From a virus, in the IMG/VR virus record IMGVR_UViG_3300018082_000009, positions 1,646-65,645 of that record: a DNA stretch of 64,000 bases. One strand, given 5' to 3'. The notes under the pieces are model-generated. The model worked only from the letters and a program-made list of their open reading frames with translations. It was not told the origin of the DNA and ran no database searches. Shown piece by piece: positions 34,502 to 43,822 of this stretch. Every line of letters begins with the position of its first letter. Position 1 is the first letter of the stretch. The position numbers and the translations under genes were made by a program.

Positions 34502-35443
34502 ATGACGAACGAGGAAGTCATTCGAAAAGCGGATCTGGCCCTGTCGGATCTGGAGACAGCCGGGAAGTTGAATCCCGAGCAGACGGATCGGTTCATCAGA
34601 ACGCTGATCGATCAGCCGACGCTGCTGGCTTCCGTTCGCACGGTGGCCATGGGCGCTCCGCAGATGAACATCAACAAGATCGGCTTCGGGACGCGCATCT
34701 TGCACCCGGCCGTCTCCGCCACGCCGCTGCCGGAGAATCTGCGGTCGAAGCCTGACCTTGGACAGGTCAAGCTGGAAACCAAAGAAATCATCGCGGAAGT
34801 CAACATCCCCTACGACGTGCTGGAAGACAACATCGAGCGGGGCAACGTCAACGTGCCGCTCCAGACCGGCGCGGGTGGTCTGCACCAGACCATCGTGGAC
34901 CTGATCGCAGAGCGTGCGGCTCTCGATCTGGAGGAGTTGGCCATTCAGGGCGACACCACCAACGTGGGGGATCCGTATCTGGCCCTGAACGACGGCTACC
35001 TCAAGATGTCCACGGCGAACGTGGTCAACGTGGGGGGTTCGTTCGACAAGGCGGCGGTAAAGCAGGGGCTGAAGACCATGCCCACCCGGTACCTCCGCAA
35101 CCGGGCGGCGATGTCCCACTTCGTCTCCATCGACAACGAGACGGAAATCCGGGACCAGTACGGTGCCCGTCAGACGGCACTCGGTGATCAGCAACTGCAG
35201 GGCATGCTGCCGGTGTACATCTACGGTTCACGGGTGGTACCCGTGGCCCTGATGCTGGGCACCAGCGGTCTGTTCACCGACCCGATGAACCTCATCTTCG
35301 GGATCCAGCGCAACATCATGATCGAGTACGACAAGGACATCCGGGCGCGGGTGTTCATCATCGTGCTGACATGCCGCGTGGATTTCCAGATCGAGGAAGT
35401 GAACGCCGTCGTCAAGTACATGGGCATCACCGGGAGCCGGTAG
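34502..35443 (+). CDS. major capsid protein, PBSX XkdG-like
   Basis: MTNEEVIRKA..G.LNPEQ..FI, KIGFG.RIL, L.TKE.IAEVNI.YD.LE.NIE, AERAA.DLEEL...GDT, KDIR.R.FIIVLT. Confidence 0.92.
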   Translation: MTNEEVIRKADLALSDLETAGKLNPEQTDRFIRTLIDQPTLLASVRTVAMGAPQMNINKIGFGTRILHPAVSATPLPENLRSKPDLGQVKLETKEIIAEVNIPYDVLEDNIERGNVNVPLQTGAGGLHQTIVDLIAERAALDLEELAIQGDTTNVGDPYLALNDGYLKMSTANVVNVGGSFDKAAVKQGLKTMPTRYLRNRAAMSHFVSIDNETEIRDQYGARQTALGDQQLQGMLPVYIYGSRVVPVALMLGTSGLFTDPMNLIFGIQRNIMIEYDKDIRARVFIIVLTCRVDFQIEEVNAVVKYMGITGSR

Positions 35444-35507
35444 TCTCCCTCTGGCGTTTGGCTGGCTGGCGTTAGCCTTGCACATTTCTGCAGCGGGAGG
35501 TAGTACC

Positions 35508-36059
35508 GTGGCCGAAGACAAAAAGCCCTTGGAAAAGAAGATGGAAGAGCGGACGGAGATTGTCGGTGGAAAGCCGATGACTCCCGAAGAGGCGCAGGAG
35601 AACAAGCGGCAGTTGGAGGAAGAGCAGAAGAACATCGCAGAGCCACAGGTGGACCGGAACGTGCCACCCGACTCCGCGATGAACCAGCCGCCGCAGCCGT
35701 CGAACCCCGAAACCGTCCGCTCCGCCCGAGCGACCGAGAAGGAAAGCGGTGCGTCGAAGGCGAAGCGCGTGGACACCGCTGATGTGGACCCGGCAGGCGA
35801 GAAGGCCCCGGCAGGCTGGGGCAAGAAGCCCACGGTCTACGTCATGACGAACGTGGACGGCGAGAAGCTGCACGTCACCGTCAAGCAGTGGGCCAAGTAC
35901 GGCCAGAAGTTGCGGGAGAAGGGGTGGACTACCCCGGAGTTCGCGGAAGGCGATCCCGGAGGCAGCGAGGAGATTCCACAGGACGTGGACTGGGGCAAGG
36001 ACAGCCCGGACGAGACGCTGTACCCGGCCAGCGGTGGTAACCCGCCGCCCAAGAAGTAA
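35508..36059 (+). CDS. hypothetical virion-associated protein (acidic, Pro-rich)
   Basis: GGAGG RBS and GTG start; directly after the MCP. Confidence 0.7.
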   Translation: MAEDKKPLEKKMEERTEIVGGKPMTPEEAQENKRQLEEEQKNIAEPQVDRNVPPDSAMNQPPQPSNPETVRSARATEKESGASKAKRVDTADVDPAGEKAPAGWGKKPTVYVMTNVDGEKLHVTVKQWAKYGQKLREKGWTTPEFAEGDPGGSEEIPQDVDWGKDSPDETLYPASGGNPPPKK

Positions 36060-36075
36060 CAGCGGGAAGGAACAC

Positions 36076-36104
36076 GAGGGGGCCGCTGGCCCCCTCAAGT
36101 TTTT
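36076..36104 (+). terminator. rho-independent terminator
   Basis: GAGGGGGCC-GCT-GGCCCCCTC followed by AAGTTTTT. Confidence 0.75.
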
Positions 36105-36139
36105 GCAATCAAGTGCAATCAAGTGCAAAGGAGTGCGAG

Positions 36140-36526
36140 ATGGCGTTGAAGACGGAGAAAACCGTGGAAGCATCAGCCCCGACAACTGCCAGCAGAGTCG
36201 AAACGACGGTCTTGGAACTGGCCCTCTACAAGAACTACACGTGGGGCAACGTGACCTACGAGAAGGGGAAGCCCTATCGGTTCCGGAACAGCGATGCTAT
36301 GGTGTTGCTGGCGGAGCACGATACCGGTCGGCCTATCTGGCGGATCTACCAGAAGCCCAAGCCCCGGCAGGCACCCCGCAACGAGATTGTGGATGCCACA
36401 TCGGTGACGGCCACCCTTCCGGTCGAAGAGCCCATGGGCCTGAAGACCGAGAAGCGCATCGACGTGGGCACCGATGATGAGATTGCGGACATCCTGAACC
36501 GGGATGGCGGCGATATTACGGTGTAA
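36140..36526 (+). CDS. hypothetical protein
   Basis: AAAGGAG RBS. Confidence 0.7.
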   Translation: MALKTEKTVEASAPTTASRVETTVLELALYKNYTWGNVTYEKGKPYRFRNSDAMVLLAEHDTGRPIWRIYQKPKPRQAPRNEIVDATSVTATLPVEEPMGLKTEKRIDVGTDDEIADILNRDGGDITV

Positions 36527-36533
36527 CGATGTG

Positions 36534-36644
36534 ATGGCCGGAGAGTTCCGGGGCTGGCAGTTCTTTGTCACATGGGTGATCTTGATGCTGTTCGTGCTCT
36601 GGGTCTGGTATAGTCTGATCAAACTCGTGTTCATGGTGGGATGA
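36534..36644 (+). CDS. 36-aa single-TM peptide
   Basis: MAGEFRGWQFFVTWVILMLFVLWVWYSLIKLVFMVG; ATGA-coupled to the next gene. Confidence 0.5.
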   Translation: MAGEFRGWQFFVTWVILMLFVLWVWYSLIKLVFMVG

Positions 36645-37438
36645 TGGCCAGACTACCTCCGCCGTTGTTCGTGGACCCGCAGGATGTGATTCTCCGGATG
36701 CAGCTAGACAAGGATCTGGCGGGCATCGTGGATGTCATCACGTCTGGCATCATTGCCGCCCAACTCCACGTCGAGCGCATCATTGACGGGCATCTGGCTC
36801 GCCGCTCCCAGCGGTGTGGATACTTCATTGACGCCGAAGCCTTCTCCGGCATCGCGCCGGGAGGGTTGTACCGTCTGGAGGTGCCCAGTGGGTTGGTGAG
36901 ACAAGATGTCCCACAGGTGGTGACCGCCTCCTACGGAGCGATCAATGGTCCGTTCTCGGACTCCTACTCCGCTGTGAATGCAGGGCTGATGCAGTTCGAC
37001 TACAACCGTGGCTACCTCTATGTGGATGCGGCTACCTACGGCAACAACCACATCAAAATCCAGTGTGACACGGGCTTCGAAGACGGCACCAAGCCTCTCC
37101 CTGTGGAGGGGATGGCTGACTGGTCAGCCTCCCAGCAGTATCACGTGGGGGATCAGGTGGCCTATCAGGAAAAAGCCTACGAGGTTGTCACCGAGCCTCC
37201 CATCGGCACGTCACCAACCAATGCCCTCTACTGGAAGCCTGCCACGGTGCCACAGGAGCCCATCCCTGACGCCATCTACGAGGCCATCATGGCGTTGGTG
37301 CCCATGGTGTTCAACGCCAACCAGACCACCAACCGGAGCGATGAGGCGAAGCAGCAGTACCAGACGCTGACGGACCACGCCAACCTCCTGCTCCAACCAT
37401 ATACTCGCACGCAAGGCTTCACGTTTCGGTCGATATGA
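36641..37438 (+). CDS. head-tail adaptor-like protein with an inserted CBM5/12-like module
   Basis: Position in the module; WSASQQYHVGDQVAYQEKAYEV..P...YW. Confidence 0.65.
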   Translation: MMARLPPPLFVDPQDVILRMQLDKDLAGIVDVITSGIIAAQLHVERIIDGHLARRSQRCGYFIDAEAFSGIAPGGLYRLEVPSGLVRQDVPQVVTASYGAINGPFSDSYSAVNAGLMQFDYNRGYLYVDAATYGNNHIKIQCDTGFEDGTKPLPVEGMADWSASQQYHVGDQVAYQEKAYEVVTEPPIGTSPTNALYWKPATVPQEPIPDAIYEAIMALVPMVFNANQTTNRSDEAKQQYQTLTDHANLLLQPYTRTQGFTFRSI

Positions 37439-37899
37439 GACTCCTCTCTGTTACCGTGCAGGGTCAGCCGGGGCTGATCAAGGCCATGACCGGGATGGTG
37501 AGTGCCTTGGACCCGGTGAAGATCCTTGATGAGGGAGCCGCCGTCATCTATAACCGCATGCGAGCCCGGTTCTTGGTCGAGACAGACCCGATGGGGCAGA
37601 AGTGGCCTCCGAGCCAAGCCGCTCTCCGAAGAGCCAGAAGTGGGAGAGGTGGAGGCACGCTGTTCGATACAGGCAATTTGTTTCGAAGCATCCAGTTGTA
37701 TGCGGATGGTCCGAACACCCGTGCCATCGGCACCAATGTTACGTCTCCCACAGGGTATCCCTACGCAGAGAAGCATCAGTTTGGCATTGGCTTCCCACAG
37801 CGGCAGTTCTTGGGCTTTGCCTCTGAGGATTTGGATGTCATGAAGAGCGTGATCATTCGACGGGTGGTTGAAGGACTGCGACAGGGGATGACTCCATGA
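37435..37899 (+). CDS. virion morphogenesis / tail completion protein (Mu gpG/P2 gpS-like)
   Basis: L.DTG.L..SI, IGTNV, YA..HQFG, P.RQFLG. Confidence 0.85.
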   Translation: MRLLSVTVQGQPGLIKAMTGMVSALDPVKILDEGAAVIYNRMRARFLVETDPMGQKWPPSQAALRRARSGRGGGTLFDTGNLFRSIQLYADGPNTRAIGTNVTSPTGYPYAEKHQFGIGFPQRQFLGFASEDLDVMKSVIIRRVVEGLRQGMTP

Positions 37900-38393
37900 G
37901 TGATACCTGCACCACCTCCCTCCCGGCATCGAAGCTCATACGGGTCATCGAAGAGGCCGAGCAGAAGCTGTTGCAATTGAATGCACCTCCGGTCAACCTC
38001 ACCGGCAAGGTGGTCGTGGCCTATGACGAGAACGATCTGCTCGATGTTCTGAAGGGTGTCCGGTCCTTCCCGGCCGTGGGGATTGTCTACGAAGGGATGC
38101 GGTCGGCATCTGAAGAAGGCCCCACGGCCCGAGTCGGCCTTTCCGCTGAAATCGTGCTGGGCTTCGTGTTGGTGGAGCGTGGGGACGAGATTCATCGCAC
38201 GGGCGAGAAGAAGGTCCGGGCTATTGAATACTTGGATGCGATGCGCTACCAATTTAGTGCGAAGAAGAGTACAGTGACGGGGCACTTCTGGAAGTTCATG
38301 GTGGAGTCTCCTGCCGCCCTTCGGACGGGAGCCGTGTGTTGGGTGCAACGATGGTCACTCCCGGTTCAACTGCCACACAATCCTCGCCCCTAG
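37896..38393 (+). CDS. putative tail terminator protein
   Basis: Position, size and PAVGIVYEG strand pattern. Confidence 0.5.
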   Translation: MSDTCTTSLPASKLIRVIEEAEQKLLQLNAPPVNLTGKVVVAYDENDLLDVLKGVRSFPAVGIVYEGMRSASEEGPTARVGLSAEIVLGFVLVERGDEIHRTGEKKVRAIEYLDAMRYQFSAKKSTVTGHFWKFMVESPAALRTGAVCWVQRWSLPVQLPHNPRP

Positions 38394-39067
38394 TCTCGTG
38401 CATTTTACCCACGAAAAACCGAGCGGCGTTCATTCCGCAGGCTATCGCCAGTTATCAATCCCAGACCTATCCCAATAAAGAACTGGTCATCTTCGACAAC
38501 GGAGATGATGAGACAGAAGCGATCCTCCCAACGGACTTGTCGATTCGGTACTACCGGATCACTGGTAACCGCACCACGGGGGAAATGCGGAACTTCTGCG
38601 CCAAATACTCCAAGGGTGAATTCATCTGCCATTTTGACTCTGACGATTGGAGTGCGCCCAGACGTATCACGGATCAGGTGACTCGATTGGGAGAGCATGG
38701 GGTAGTGACGGGGTATCACGCCATGCTGTTCTATGACGAGCGGGATGGGAAGTTGTACTGGTGGCGGATGCCCAGTCATTCTGCGATACGGTATGCTCTC
38801 GGCACCTCTCTCTGCTACCGTCGTGTCTGGTGGCACTACCATCCGTTTCAGGCCCTGCGGATTGGGGAGGACATGAAGTTCGTCCAGCAAGCTCTCCGAG
38901 AAGCCTACCGACTGGTCACCACAGTGTCTGCAGAGCAGTTGATGGTGGCGCGGGTGCATCACCAGCAAACCAGTCGTAAGACCCTGAATCCGGCCAGCTA
39001 TCAACCGGTGTCTCGTACTACCTTGCCACAGGCATTCCCGTGCTCTTCAATATTGTCAGCAACCTGA
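38351..39067 (+). CDS. glycosyltransferase family 2
   Basis: LVSCILPT.NR, QTYPNKELVIFDNG, FICHFDSDDW; start position uncertain. Confidence 0.88.
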   Translation: MVTPGSTATQSSPLVSCILPTKNRAAFIPQAIASYQSQTYPNKELVIFDNGDDETEAILPTDLSIRYYRITGNRTTGEMRNFCAKYSKGEFICHFDSDDWSAPRRITDQVTRLGEHGVVTGYHAMLFYDERDGKLYWWRMPSHSAIRYALGTSLCYRRVWWHYHPFQALRIGEDMKFVQQALREAYRLVTTVSAEQLMVARVHHQQTSRKTLNPASYQPVSRTTLPQAFPCSSILSAT

Positions 39068-39912
39068 CCAATGGTGTCGGACTCCAGCGGGATTATGAAC
39101 TGCTACGCAGGGAGTTGGAAATCCGTGGTCACATCGTCAGAGGTGTGCAGTTCAATGCGAGGCCGTTCTTGGTGCATGGGGCCGATGTGAATATCTTTCT
39201 GGAGGTGGTGAACCCCGCTGCCTTCGGAGCCGCCACCAAGCAGTGGGCCATCCCGAACCCTGAGTGGTGGTTCTCCGGATGGGATAGCTACCCATGGGAT
39301 GTGATCCTCGCTAAAACGAGAGATTGCGAGCGAATCTTCAAAGCCAAGGTGGGAGACAAGTGTCGGTATTTGGGGTGGATTGCTCGTGATTTATACGATT
39401 CCACCATTCCTAAAGAACGAAAATTCCTGCATGTGTCAGGTAAATCACGGTTCAAAAATACGGCAGCGGTGGTGTTAGGATGTCACCGGGCGGGTGTCCG
39501 GTTGACGCTCATCGGAGAGCACCACCCAGCGATGCGGCAGCGGGTGAATGAACCTGAACTCATACGGCTGATGAATTCGCATTTCTGCCATATCATGCCC
39601 TCTGCCTACGAAGGCTACGGTCACGTCCTGCATGAAGCCATGGCATGTGGACAGGTGATTATCACGACCAATGCTCCTCCGATGAATGAGATTATCCCGT
39701 CTGTGTTGGTGCCGAGCATTGGGACTGCTACCCACCATGCGGGACTCCTGCACCGGGTGTCTCCGCTGGATCTTGCGAGGGCTATCACCACGGTGTTGAA
39801 CTTCCCTCCAGAGCAGATTGAGGCGTTTCAGCAGGAAGGACGAGCCCAGTATGAGCAGGAACGTGGGGAGTTTCTTCAGGCGTTAGACGCCTTAGTGGGG
39901 AAGCCACAATGA
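39040..39912 (+). CDS. GT-B (GT4-like) glycosyltransferase
   Basis: PS..EGYGH.L.EAMACG..IITTN.PPMNE. Confidence 0.85.
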   Translation: MLFNIVSNLTNGVGLQRDYELLRRELEIRGHIVRGVQFNARPFLVHGADVNIFLEVVNPAAFGAATKQWAIPNPEWWFSGWDSYPWDVILAKTRDCERIFKAKVGDKCRYLGWIARDLYDSTIPKERKFLHVSGKSRFKNTAAVVLGCHRAGVRLTLIGEHHPAMRQRVNEPELIRLMNSHFCHIMPSAYEGYGHVLHEAMACGQVIITTNAPPMNEIIPSVLVPSIGTATHHAGLLHRVSPLDLARAITTVLNFPPEQIEAFQQEGRAQYEQERGEFLQALDALVGKPQ

Positions 39913-40436
39913 CATGGGCATGGTCAGGTGAGTTGGGGATGGACCTCCACGAGGCGCTGAGAGCCGCGTGTCAGCGGACCACCGTCACCAGCTATCTGGA
40001 GATTGGTGTGGACGGCGGAGGGTCGTTGAACACGGTGCTCTGTGAAGTCATCCCTGCCCGGATTGTGCTGTGTGATATCTGGAATCATGAGTATTGTGGG
40101 CACGGGGACACCAAGGTCATCGTGCAAGATATTCTGGAGTGGCATGGGGCCACAGCGGAATTTCTGGACGGTGACTCCAAGGAAACAGTCCCCGCTCTCC
40201 GGGGCCTCTTCGATTTGGTGCTCGTGGATGGGGATCATAGTGCGGCAGGCGCATTGGTAGACCTCCAGAATGCATGGCCTCGTGTGCGGCCGGGAGGCAT
40301 TCTGGTCATGGATGATATCAACCACCCGAACTACCCATGGCTCAGTGCCGTGTGGGAGGCGTGTGTGAAGGAATGGAACATGTGGGTCATCCCTGAAACC
40401 CGTGGGGGCTGTAACGCCGCGATAGCTCTCAAATGA
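39909..40436 (+). CDS. class I SAM methyltransferase (Methyltransf_24-like)
   Basis: YLEIGV..G.S, FDLVLVDGDH, L..AW..VRPGG.LV.DD. Confidence 0.88.
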   Translation: MTWAWSGELGMDLHEALRAACQRTTVTSYLEIGVDGGGSLNTVLCEVIPARIVLCDIWNHEYCGHGDTKVIVQDILEWHGATAEFLDGDSKETVPALRGLFDLVLVDGDHSAAGALVDLQNAWPRVRPGGILVMDDINHPNYPWLSAVWEACVKEWNMWVIPETRGGCNAAIALK

Positions 40437-40909
40437 ATCTTCAAATGAATCTAGAACTGGGTTGCGGGAACCACCCCACACCGGGGTATCTCCACCATGA
40501 CAAGTGGAAGCATTCTCCACATGTGGACCTCGCCTTCGATTTACAGCAGATTCCATGGCCGTTGCCGGATGAGTCCGTGATGATGCTGTTGGCTACCGAT
40601 GTCTTCGAACACCTGAAGCTCGATGTCCAGACGTGGCTCGATGAGGCATGGCGGGTGCTCACCCCCGGTGGCTCCCTCAGCATGCGTCTCCCTGCCTACG
40701 ACAACCCCTATAGCTTCCGTGACCCCACCCACCAGCGTATCTTCCACCCAGAGTCTTTCCTTTACTGGTGTCCGAATGCCAAGGGCACGGTGTGGCGGGA
40801 CTTCGGTCGGTATTACTTCGGAGAAGGGTATAACCGGTGGTGGGAGCAGCGGTCGGTCACCCGTGAAGTGAAAGATATACGGTTTCTCCTATGCAAGATG
40901 TTGTTGTAA
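40433..40909 (+). CDS. class I SAM methyltransferase (Methyltransf_11-like)
   Basis: LELGCG, DL...PWPLPD.SV, DVFEHL, RVL.PGG, DPTH. Confidence 0.85.
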   Translation: MNLQMNLELGCGNHPTPGYLHHDKWKHSPHVDLAFDLQQIPWPLPDESVMMLLATDVFEHLKLDVQTWLDEAWRVLTPGGSLSMRLPAYDNPYSFRDPTHQRIFHPESFLYWCPNAKGTVWRDFGRYYFGEGYNRWWEQRSVTREVKDIRFLLCKMLL

Positions 40910-41658
40910 TCCCCACCTTTGACCGTCCAGAGATGCTGTGGCTGTGTCTGGACTACCTGTCCTTCTGTCCGGATAGCCGGGAACTGTGCTTCCGCATCTA
41001 TGTGGACGCTCACGTGGGACAGGTCACGCCTCGTGAAGAGATTGAAGAGGTGCTGGCGAAGTTCCCCCACCTGATGGTGGAGGTGTTCTATCGAGAGCCC
41101 CACCTGTATCAGGGGAACAGTTACAACGTCCTAATGGCCTACAAGGACGTGTTCATCCAGACGATGGCGCAGTATGTCTTCATGGTCGAAGACGATGTGC
41201 TGATCCATCGGGAGTTCTTCTCATGGCACCGGTTGATGCACTCCGGCCGGAAGATTGGGTGCAGTATCGCTGTCGAGAATCCCGGCCATGGAGCCTATGC
41301 CTCGTTGGGTGTGTGCTTCAGACGGGAAGTTCTGCAGATGGTGTTACCCCACTGTCATGCGGCCTACTTCACGAATATGCGGGTGTACTGCAAGGACAAG
41401 TTCCCTCCGTCCCGCTTCGACTGTGAACAGGATGGACTCTTTGCCCGGATGCTGAAGGGTGAGCGAGTGGTTTGGGCACCAACACCCTATGCTCAGCACG
41501 TAGGGTGGTATGGATACCACCGGAGAAAGAGTATTCGACCCTTTGGGTCACTTGAAGAACGCTACGGTCAGGTCAAACACGCCTTATCGAATGGGAATAC
41601 TCTGCGAAAATGGGCCAGAGATTTCGGAGATATCCAGCCACTTCGCTCTTGCAATTGA
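40891..41658 (+). CDS. GT-A fold glycosyltransferase
   Basis: VVIPTFDRPE.L, YVFMVEDDV. Confidence 0.75.
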   Translation: MQDVVVIPTFDRPEMLWLCLDYLSFCPDSRELCFRIYVDAHVGQVTPREEIEEVLAKFPHLMVEVFYREPHLYQGNSYNVLMAYKDVFIQTMAQYVFMVEDDVLIHREFFSWHRLMHSGRKIGCSIAVENPGHGAYASLGVCFRREVLQMVLPHCHAAYFTNMRVYCKDKFPPSRFDCEQDGLFARMLKGERVVWAPTPYAQHVGWYGYHRRKSIRPFGSLEERYGQVKHALSNGNTLRKWARDFGDIQPLRSCN

Positions 41659-41723
41659 GTGCAGCTAGTGGCACAGTGTCACCGCAGCCCTACAGGTTGT
41701 AGCCGTTCACAAGGAGAACGCTA

Positions 41724-42866
41724 ATGAGTATGGTAAAGATTGAAAACCTTGGGTTTGGTGGGTCAGGGATCCCTGACGCTTTGCCCAAGGCGGTTGCCGA
41801 ACTCCAAGGCATGAGAATGCAGATTGTGGACGGAGCGGCAGCGGGGACCGTGGTGCCGGTGGCGGGGATGGACCCCGAAGACCACATCGGAGCCGCCATC
41901 GACCTGACCGCCTCAGCGAATGTCCCTCTGGGCACGCTCTCCATCGCAGAGCGGAACGCCAAGGCGACGATCACCTGTCTGACCACCGCCGTGGACGGCG
42001 ACAAGATCACGGTCAACGGGAAGACCTACACCGTCAAGGACGTGGTCGTCCACAACAGTTACAATGCCCCTCCCGGAGTCATCCCTGTCGATGTGACCCC
42101 CAGCGGCACGGACAGCGAGAAGCTGGCCAAGGCCCTCTCCAAGGCCCTCATGTCTGGTGACAGCACCATCACCGCCTCCGTGACACCGGGGGCTGGCTCC
42201 CCACCCCTGATGAACGTGGTGACCGTCAAGGTGCGTCAGCAGGGCACGGCAGGCAACAGCTACACCCTGTCCGAGACAGGCAACGGCTTCACCGTGTCCG
42301 GTGCCACCTTCACAGGCGGCACGTCCGCTGGCAGCGGGGGCTTCGTGAGCAGTGCTTCGCTGGCGGGCAAAAAGATCCTGCTGGTCTGGTACGACAAGCG
42401 TCCGGGACAGGTGACGAACCCCCTGATGATGCAGGTTCTGCAGGGCATGGAAGAGCCTCCGGAGTTTGAGGAACTGACCGTGACCGAACTGGAGCCCGAG
42501 TCAGCGGTCATCGGTGAGCCCAGCTTCACGCTCCACGTTCACGGCACGGGCTTCGGTCCCGACTCCAAGATCATCTTCAACGGCTACGAAGAGCCCACGA
42601 CGTTCGTGTCCCGCAACGAACTGACCACCGGGGTGGATATGAAGGTGTGGACCGCGCCTTCGGAACCGCTGCCGGTGTTCGTGCGGACGGGTCTGGGGGA
42701 TGCCAGCGAGCCGATGGATTTCCAGTTCAATGCAGCCGAAGGCGGAGCACTGGGAGCACGTGGGGCCGGTGGACCCGGTGGGCCGGGAGGCCCCGGTGGT
42801 CTTCGTGGACCCGGTGGTCCGGGTGGACCCGGAGGGAATTTGACGATCAAGCGTAGGGGCCGCTAG
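41724..42866 (+). CDS. virion structural/decoration protein with IPT/TIG-like domain and collagen-like GPGG tail
   Basis: VTELEPESAVIG..FTLHV.GTGF...S.I.FNG..PTTFVS..ELT; GPGG repeats at ~42760-42835. Confidence 0.7.
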   Translation: MSMVKIENLGFGGSGIPDALPKAVAELQGMRMQIVDGAAAGTVVPVAGMDPEDHIGAAIDLTASANVPLGTLSIAERNAKATITCLTTAVDGDKITVNGKTYTVKDVVVHNSYNAPPGVIPVDVTPSGTDSEKLAKALSKALMSGDSTITASVTPGAGSPPLMNVVTVKVRQQGTAGNSYTLSETGNGFTVSGATFTGGTSAGSGGFVSSASLAGKKILLVWYDKRPGQVTNPLMMQVLQGMEEPPEFEELTVTELEPESAVIGEPSFTLHVHGTGFGPDSKIIFNGYEEPTTFVSRNELTTGVDMKVWTAPSEPLPVFVRTGLGDASEPMDFQFNAAEGGALGARGAGGPGGPGGPGGLRGPGGPGGPGGNLTIKRRGR

Positions 42867-42893
42867 TACTAGCCGCTAACTGAGGAGAAGAGC

Positions 42894-43736
42894 ATGAGTA
42901 CTTTTGATGCGGCCAACTGGTACTTCAGTGGCCAAGGTGTAATCATGATCGGTCGGCGTGACCCGGTCACGGGGAACCCGATTGGTCTGCGTCCCGTGGG
43001 CAACTGCCCCGAGATGCGACTCACGATGGGCACGACCGTCGTCAACCACAAGGGGTCACAGGACGGCCAGCGTGCCACGGACGCCCGCCTCCAGACGGAA
43101 GTCAACGTGACGGCCTCCATCACGGTGGAAAACTGGAACGCTGCAAACCTTGCGGAAGCCACCCGAGGATCGGACACGTTTATCCCGGCAGGCGTGGGTT
43201 ACAGCGAAGAGGTGATGGGCTTCCCCGGTCTGGTCACCGGGCTCCGCTACCTCAACCTCTCCAACGTCGTGGTCCGCAAAGGCGGCACCGCACTGGTCGA
43301 GTACAGCACCACGGTGGAACCGGGCAAGGATCCGTGGGACTACAAGCTGAATCAGGCGGCGGGTTCCATCATGATGAACGACGGCGTCTTGGCCCCCTTC
43401 GCTGCCTACGTGCCGGAGTCCCCGGCGCTCCCCGAAGGGGACATCTTGACAGCCGGATACGACTACGAAGAGCACTACATCGTGGACGCGCTGACGCGCC
43501 CGATCACCGACAACTGGCTCCGCTTCGAAGGACTCAACACCATCGAAGAGAACTCACCTGTCATTGTGGACGTGTTCAGGTTCAGCAATGACCCGCTGAA
43601 GGAACTGGCGCTCCTGTCAGACACCTTCGGGCAGTTCGTCATTGAAGGCTCGGTGCTCAAGGACGACACCCGCCTCATGGGCAGCAATTACTTCAGCATC
43701 AAGAAGCTGAAGGCAGCGGCAGACGCTGCTCTCTAA
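42894..43736 (+). CDS. major tail tube protein
   Basis: YFSGQG...IG.RD, RPVGN.PE..L; located upstream of chaperone and tape measure. Confidence 0.8.
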   Translation: MSTFDAANWYFSGQGVIMIGRRDPVTGNPIGLRPVGNCPEMRLTMGTTVVNHKGSQDGQRATDARLQTEVNVTASITVENWNAANLAEATRGSDTFIPAGVGYSEEVMGFPGLVTGLRYLNLSNVVVRKGGTALVEYSTTVEPGKDPWDYKLNQAAGSIMMNDGVLAPFAAYVPESPALPEGDILTAGYDYEEHYIVDALTRPITDNWLRFEGLNTIEENSPVIVDVFRFSNDPLKELALLSDTFGQFVIEGSVLKDDTRLMGSNYFSIKKLKAAADAAL

Positions 43737-43760
43737 CGCCGGTCAGAGCTAGAGGGTTAC

Positions 43761-43797
43761 GGTGGGTGGTGATGGGAGTCGCCACCCACTGTTTTTC
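43761..43797 (+). terminator. rho-independent terminator after the tail tube gene
   Basis: GGTGGGTGGTGAT-GGGA-GTCGCCACCCACT followed by GTTTTT. Confidence 0.75.
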
Positions 43798-43822
43798 GTA
43801 AACGGCCAGACAAGGAGTGGAC

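Noticed and set aside
35479-35492. TGCACATTTCTGCA as another palindrome copy
   Set aside because: Matches TGCA-N6-TGCA but lacks the AT(C/T) core in either orientation; could be chance.
36606-36614. TGGTATAGT as a promoter
   Set aside because: Lies inside the small TM ORF with no correctly spaced -35; unsupported.
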